Shown piece after piece: positions 59,704-64,000 of a DNA stretch of 64,000 nt. The stretch is from assembly GCA_030066085.1 (NCBI GenBank), contig JASJCI010000007.1, positions 28,363 through 92,362 of the forward strand, written 5' to 3'. This stretch comes from Gammaproteobacteria bacterium. GTDB taxonomy: Bacteria; Pseudomonadota; Gammaproteobacteria; GCA-001735895. Position 1 is the first letter of the stretch, and each line of letters opens with the position of its first letter. The notes beneath the pieces were generated by a model. The model saw only the letters and a program-made list of their open reading frames with translations. It ran no database searches and was not told the DNA's origin. A program made the position numbers and the translations under genes.

Positions 59704-60531
59704 TTACAGCACGAGTTTCTTCTCGGTGGGCTCGAGGTTGTCGTAGTTCCACAACTGCTTGCCCGAGGTCAGTTTGACGATCTTGTCGATACCGTTGGGC
59801 GCTTCCATGCCGTACTGATCAAGCTTGGCCTTCAGATAACGCTGGTCGAGATCGGTCAGCTCGGTTTCGACGCAATCGACGCCGAGGCTCGAAATCTTGC
59901 CGGCCACGTAGATGGTACCGTCGTACATCGAGTCGCCGAGGTTATCGCCGGCATCGCCGAGGATGATCATGCGACCGCGCTGCATCATGAAGCCGGTAAA
60001 GGCGCCGACGCTTTCGCCGACGATAATGGTGCCGCCCTTCTGGTCGATGCCGACACGTGCGCCCGCCTGGCCCTTGCACACCAGGTCACCGCCGCGAATC
60101 GCGGCGCCGAACAGCGAGCCCGCGTTCTTTTCGATCACGACCGTGCCGGCCATCATGTTCTCGGCGCAGGACCAGCCGACGCGGCCGGTGATGCGTACGT
60201 TGGGGCCGTCGATCAGACCGCAGCCAAAATAGCCGAGGCTGCCCTCGAAGGTCAGGTTGAGGCGATTGAGAATACCAACGCCCAGCGAATGCTTGGCGCG
60301 CGGGTTTTTCACCGTAATCGAACCGTGACCGGATTGCATCAGCTCGCGAATCTTGACGTTGATTTGCTCGATACTCAGGTCGGCCGCATCAAAGTCGGCG
60401 GCCTTGTCGTAATCAACCTCGTAGGACCACGGGTAAACGAAGTTTTCGTCCTCGGCAGCCGAAAAGAAAACCTGCTGCGTACGGCCCCGGAGCTGCTCTT
60501 CGTGCAGCCCCATGTCATGGGATGTGCTCAC
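59704..60531 (-). CDS. GXGXG-domain protein (MgsB-like)
   Basis: GXGXG beta-helix repeats; GTG start overlaps the upstream TGA. Confidence 0.88.
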   Translation of the reverse strand: MSTSHDMGLHEEQLRGRTQQVFFSAAEDENFVYPWSYEVDYDKAADFDAADLSIEQINVKIRELMQSGHGSITVKNPRAKHSLGVGILNRLNLTFEGSLGYFGCGLIDGPNVRITGRVGWSCAENMMAGTVVIEKNAGSLFGAAIRGGDLVCKGQAGARVGIDQKGGTIIVGESVGAFTGFMMQRGRMIILGDAGDNLGDSMYDGTIYVAGKISSLGVDCVETELTDLDQRYLKAKLDQYGMEAPNGIDKIVKLTSGKQLWNYDNLEPTEKKLVL

Positions 60532-61469
60532 GCTGCCGCCCATACTTTTACCTCCCCTTGGTAAGGATCCCAGGTGTCTATTTCACGCGGGAAAATACTG
60601 CGAATGGCCACTTCTTCCGAAGCCAGGCCGACGAATTCGTCACTCTCGTATAAAACCATCGGTTTCGCCGCCATGACGTCCTTTGCCATGCCGAGCTGGT
60701 CGCTGGTTGCGACCAGGTAAGTAAACACACCGTCCAGCTCGTCGATCGAACGCGTCATCGCGGCCTCGAGGTTGTCGCCGCGATCGATGCGGTCGGCCAC
60801 GTAAACCGCGATCAACTCCGAATCGCAGTTCGACATAAAGCGGTGGCCGCGGCGCTCGAGATCGCGGCGGTTGGTCCAGTAGTTGGTCAGCTGGCCGTTG
60901 TGTACCACCGACACGTCGTTGAACGGGTAAGCCCAGTAGGGATGGGCGCTGCGGATGTCGACATCCGACTCGGTCGCCATGCGGGTGTGGCCGATGGCGT
61001 GGGTGCCGACGAAACCTTCCAGCCCGTACTGCCCGGAGACCACGCTGGCATCGCCCAGGTCCTTGATCAGTTCGAGCCCCTTGCCGACCGACAGGATTTC
61101 GACGCCGTCGATGTCCTCGATGTAGTCGATCAGTCGCTTCAGATCACCGCCGAACTTGAAGTGATAGCGGTAGGCATATTCGGTCGCGTCTTCGCGCGCG
61201 GTGACGTCCGCACCCATTTCCTCCAGGCGCGTATCGACCGCGGCCTTGCGCTCGATAACCTGGCGGTGAATGTCGAAACCGCTCGCCATGTCTTCCTGTT
61301 CGGCGACCTTGAAACGGAGCACGTAGACACCCTCCTCGCCTTTGCCGTACAGGGCGAAACCGGTCGAGTCCGGACCGCGGTGCTTCAGCGCCTGAAGCAT
61401 CTGCGTCATCTCGCTACCGATATCGCTGGTGACGCCGCCTTTCCAGATCAATCCAGCTATACCACACAT
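60528..61469 (-). CDS. class II glutamine amidotransferase (MgsA-like)
   Basis: MCGI, HRGPDS, GHTRMATES, HNGQL, DSE. Confidence 0.88.
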   Translation of the reverse strand: MCGIAGLIWKGGVTSDIGSEMTQMLQALKHRGPDSTGFALYGKGEEGVYVLRFKVAEQEDMASGFDIHRQVIERKAAVDTRLEEMGADVTAREDATEYAYRYHFKFGGDLKRLIDYIEDIDGVEILSVGKGLELIKDLGDASVVSGQYGLEGFVGTHAIGHTRMATESDVDIRSAHPYWAYPFNDVSVVHNGQLTNYWTNRRDLERRGHRFMSNCDSELIAVYVADRIDRGDNLEAAMTRSIDELDGVFTYLVATSDQLGMAKDVMAAKPMVLYESDEFVGLASEEVAIRSIFPREIDTWDPYQGEVKVWAAA

Positions 61470-61574
61470 AAGTATTCCTCGCTGAGGTGTTGCGCGACGC
61501 TCCGGCGGCGCGCGTAATATGAAAAAAGTCCCCGGGCCATCATCACCGACCCGGGAAACAACCCTTGGAGATTC

Positions 61575-63041
61575 CTACGGCAGGCAATCGAGATACATCT
61601 CCAGATCCCACTCGGTAGTGGTGTGCATGAACTTTTCCCACTCGTCGTTCTTGTACCAGTGGAAAATCTTGTACATCTCGTCCGGCATGGCCGACTTGAT
61701 GATCTCGTCGTTGGCCAGGCGATCGAGCGCTTCTCCGAGCGACATCGGCAGCTTCTTGACCTGCTTGCCTTCTTCCATCGCCTGGTAAATGTTGCGATTC
61801 TCCGGCTGGCCCGGGTCGATATCGTTGTCGATACCGTCTTCGAAGGCCTTGAGCAGCGCCGATCCCATCAGGTACGGGTTTACCATCGAGTCGACCGCGC
61901 GGTATTCGAAGCGGCCCGGTGCCGAGATCCGCAGGCCGGTGGTGCGGTTCTGGTAACCCCAGTCGGCAAATACCGGCGCCCAGAAACCCGTATCCCACAG
62001 GCGGCGATAGGAGTTCACCGTGGAACAGCCGATCGCGGTCAGCGCGCCGAGGTGATTGACGATGCCACCGACACACTGCAGGCCGATCTTGCCCGGCATC
62101 TGCGGATCGTCGGTATCGGGCATGAATGTGTTCTCGCCGCCGCTGCGGTAGGTGAACACGTCGTCCATGCCCGGCAGGACTTCGTTGTGCAGCGCGTTGA
62201 CGCTTTCGTCGCCGCCTTTCCACAGCGAGATGTTGGTATGACAGCCCGATGCCGATACACCCATGAACGGCTTGGTCATGAAGCAGGCAATCAGGTTGTT
62301 CTCGCGCGCGACCTGGGCGCAGATCTGGCGGTAGGTCGACAGGCGGTCCGAGTTGCGCACGACATCGTCGAAGGTCCAGTTCAGCTCGAGCTGACCCGGC
62401 GCATCCTCGTGGTCGCCCTGGATCATGTCGAGTCCCATCGCGTGGCAGTACTCGATAACCTGCATGAATACCGGCCGCAGGGATTCGAACTGGTCGATGT
62501 GGTAACAGTAGGGATTCGAGAAGCCGCCGTCCGGCTTGCCGTCCTCGCCGCGCTTGAGCCACATCATCTCGGGCTCGGTGCCGACGCGGAAATCCATGTT
62601 GTACTTGTCCTGGAATTCCTTGTGGAAACGCTTCAGGTTGCCGCGGCAGTCGGAGGTCAGTGCCGCGCCCGGGTTTTCGCGCTCTTCGCGGTTGCGATAG
62701 CAGGTACAGAAAACGCGTGCGACGCGCTTGTCCCAGGGCAGCTGGCAAAAAGTCTCCGGATCGGGGATGCCGACCAGCTCCATGGCTTCCGGACCGTAAC
62801 CGATGTAGTCACCATGACGGTCGATAAACAGGTTTGCGGTCGAGCCGTAAACCAGCTGGAAACCCTTTTCAGCGGTGCGCTCCCAGTGGTCGGCCGGGAT
62901 ACCCTTGCCGACGATGCGGCCCGTCACCGAGATAAACTGGTAATAGATGTACGAAATGCCGAGTTCGTTTATTTTTTCGCGGACCTGCTTGACGAGTTCC
63001 GCGCGCCCTGGTGCTTCTACACATGCTTCTAAGTCGGTCAT
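61575..63041 (-). CDS. glutamine synthetase-family gamma-glutamyl-amine ligase
   Basis: EPE, HEDAPGQLE, NSYRRL, GFWAP, NRT, EYRAVD...NPY. Confidence 0.88.
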   Translation of the reverse strand: MTDLEACVEAPGRAELVKQVREKINELGISYIYYQFISVTGRIVGKGIPADHWERTAEKGFQLVYGSTANLFIDRHGDYIGYGPEAMELVGIPDPETFCQLPWDKRVARVFCTCYRNREERENPGAALTSDCRGNLKRFHKEFQDKYNMDFRVGTEPEMMWLKRGEDGKPDGGFSNPYCYHIDQFESLRPVFMQVIEYCHAMGLDMIQGDHEDAPGQLELNWTFDDVVRNSDRLSTYRQICAQVARENNLIACFMTKPFMGVSASGCHTNISLWKGGDESVNALHNEVLPGMDDVFTYRSGGENTFMPDTDDPQMPGKIGLQCVGGIVNHLGALTAIGCSTVNSYRRLWDTGFWAPVFADWGYQNRTTGLRISAPGRFEYRAVDSMVNPYLMGSALLKAFEDGIDNDIDPGQPENRNIYQAMEEGKQVKKLPMSLGEALDRLANDEIIKSAMPDEMYKIFHWYKNDEWEKFMHTTTEWDLEMYLDCLP

Positions 63042-63561
63042 TGTTTGTCCTCCAGCGGGTTGAGACGCATAGACGGGTCACGCTCCGGATCGTGCCCTGC
63101 TTTTGTTTGTAATGCCTCGACGCCTGATGCCCCTGCGGTCGAGTCGGACAGGCATCAGTCGCCTGTGCGCAGGTCATGGTATACCTATCAACGCCAGTAA
63201 AACAAGACCTCGGCCTGTTTTTTTTAGACAATTCGACTGCTGATAATCATTATTAAGTACCAATTTTCTAAATATTGGTATATTTTTGGCTCAATAATGA
63301 ATACAAGGCTGTTCTCGAAATCATAAATTGAATCGATATGTTTTTATTTATTTATATATTTCAGTACTTTAAGAAATAGCACTATTTTGGTGCGGGTATT
63401 CTCCAGAAGAATTGGGGGCTGGAATATTTTATACCAATAATTCCGAACCCCACCCTTCGAGAGCTGCAAAAGGGAGCATACAGGCTTGATTTCCTCCCTC
63501 GAAAAGCGCATTATTGGACCAATTACAAGTACCATAAAACCACTCCCGGGAGGCGTTCGAT

Positions 63562-64000
63562 TTGGCTAAACCCAGCCCCGGCAATCTTTACGCAATCCCC
63601 GGCCTGGATACGCCGGCGCGGCGCCGCTTGAGCGGAAACCGGGTCGGCGTCACCACCGGCAGCGTCGCCGCGCAGCTGCGCAGGCGCATTCTCGAGGGCG
63701 AGTTCGCCTACGAAGAACGACTGCCCGCCGAGCGCAGCCTGGCCGAAGAATACAGCGTCTCGCGCGGGACCATCCGCTCGGTGCTGCAGATCCTCGAGCA
63801 GCAGCATCTCGTAACCCGGCAAGTGGGCAGCGGAACCTATGTCACCCACCGCACGATTGCCAACCAGCAGGAAATTTCGAGCGTCACCAGCCCGCTCGAG
63901 ATGGTCGAGGTGCGCATCGCGATCGAGCCGCAAATGGTTCGCCTCGCAATTGCCAACGCCAGCGCGCGCGAACTCGACGAACTGCGCGACGCGCTGCAGA
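63562..64000 (+). CDS. GntR/FCD-family regulator (truncated by the window edge)
   Basis: Frame absent from the ORF track: RLPAERSLAEEYSVSRGTIRSVL..QVGSGTYV..EVRIAIEP; GGGAGG before TTG 63562. Confidence 0.85.
   Translation, partial: MAKPSPGNLYAIPGLDTPARRRLSGNRVGVTTGSVAAQLRRRILEGEFAYEERLPAERSLAEEYSVSRGTIRSVLQILEQQHLVTRQVGSGTYVTHRTIANQQEISSVTSPLEMVEVRIAIEPQMVRLAIANASARELDELRDALQ

Noticed and set aside
63344-63535. 63-aa ORF in the AT-rich spacer
   Set aside because: No RBS or motif; likely a chance frame.

Overview
GC-rich bacterial chromosomal segment, probably from a marine proteobacterium (inferred from a DddP-like DMSP lyase, a Tmm-like trimethylamine monooxygenase and a TAXI-TRAP transporter). 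It has about 60 CDSs, no recognisable rRNA, tRNA or CRISPR array, and no autonomous transposase or integrase. 0.4-10 kb: GS-like ligase, Fe-ADH and a TAXI-TRAP / EamA / D-cysteine-desulfhydrase-like / 2-hydroxyacid dehydrogenase run. 10-18 kb: MATE, a secreted Met-rich protein built from 9-aa repeats, AlkA-like glycosylase, PhyH, P-II and signalling genes. 18.6-28.8 kb: aminotransferase-V, flavoprotein, GcvT-family dehydrogenase, dddP, sulfatase-family and TauD genes with a divergent LysR. 29-40 kb: redox and housekeeping genes (msrA, bcp, typA), then a GGCT and two class-I amidotransferases. 40.5-64 kb: a methylated-amine/C1 island with fhs, gmaS, a non-canonical mgs-like operon, an XRE regulator, tmm, folD, two altered Amt channels each followed by a small membrane protein, a second paralogous GS/mgsABC-like operon, and a GntR gene. 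Best candidates for undescribed biology: (i) two parallel gamma-glutamyl/N-alkylglutamate systems, one carrying a GltD-like reductase fused to a degenerate FMN-barrel domain; (ii) two ~155-bp elements with identical 14-bp terminal inverted repeats but dissimilar cores, one sitting between duplicated copies of a gene 3' end plus terminator; (iii) a tandem pair of ~215-bp highly structured non-coding units; (iv) the Met-rich nonapeptide-repeat protein. Family calls rest on motifs I recognise, not on database searches.
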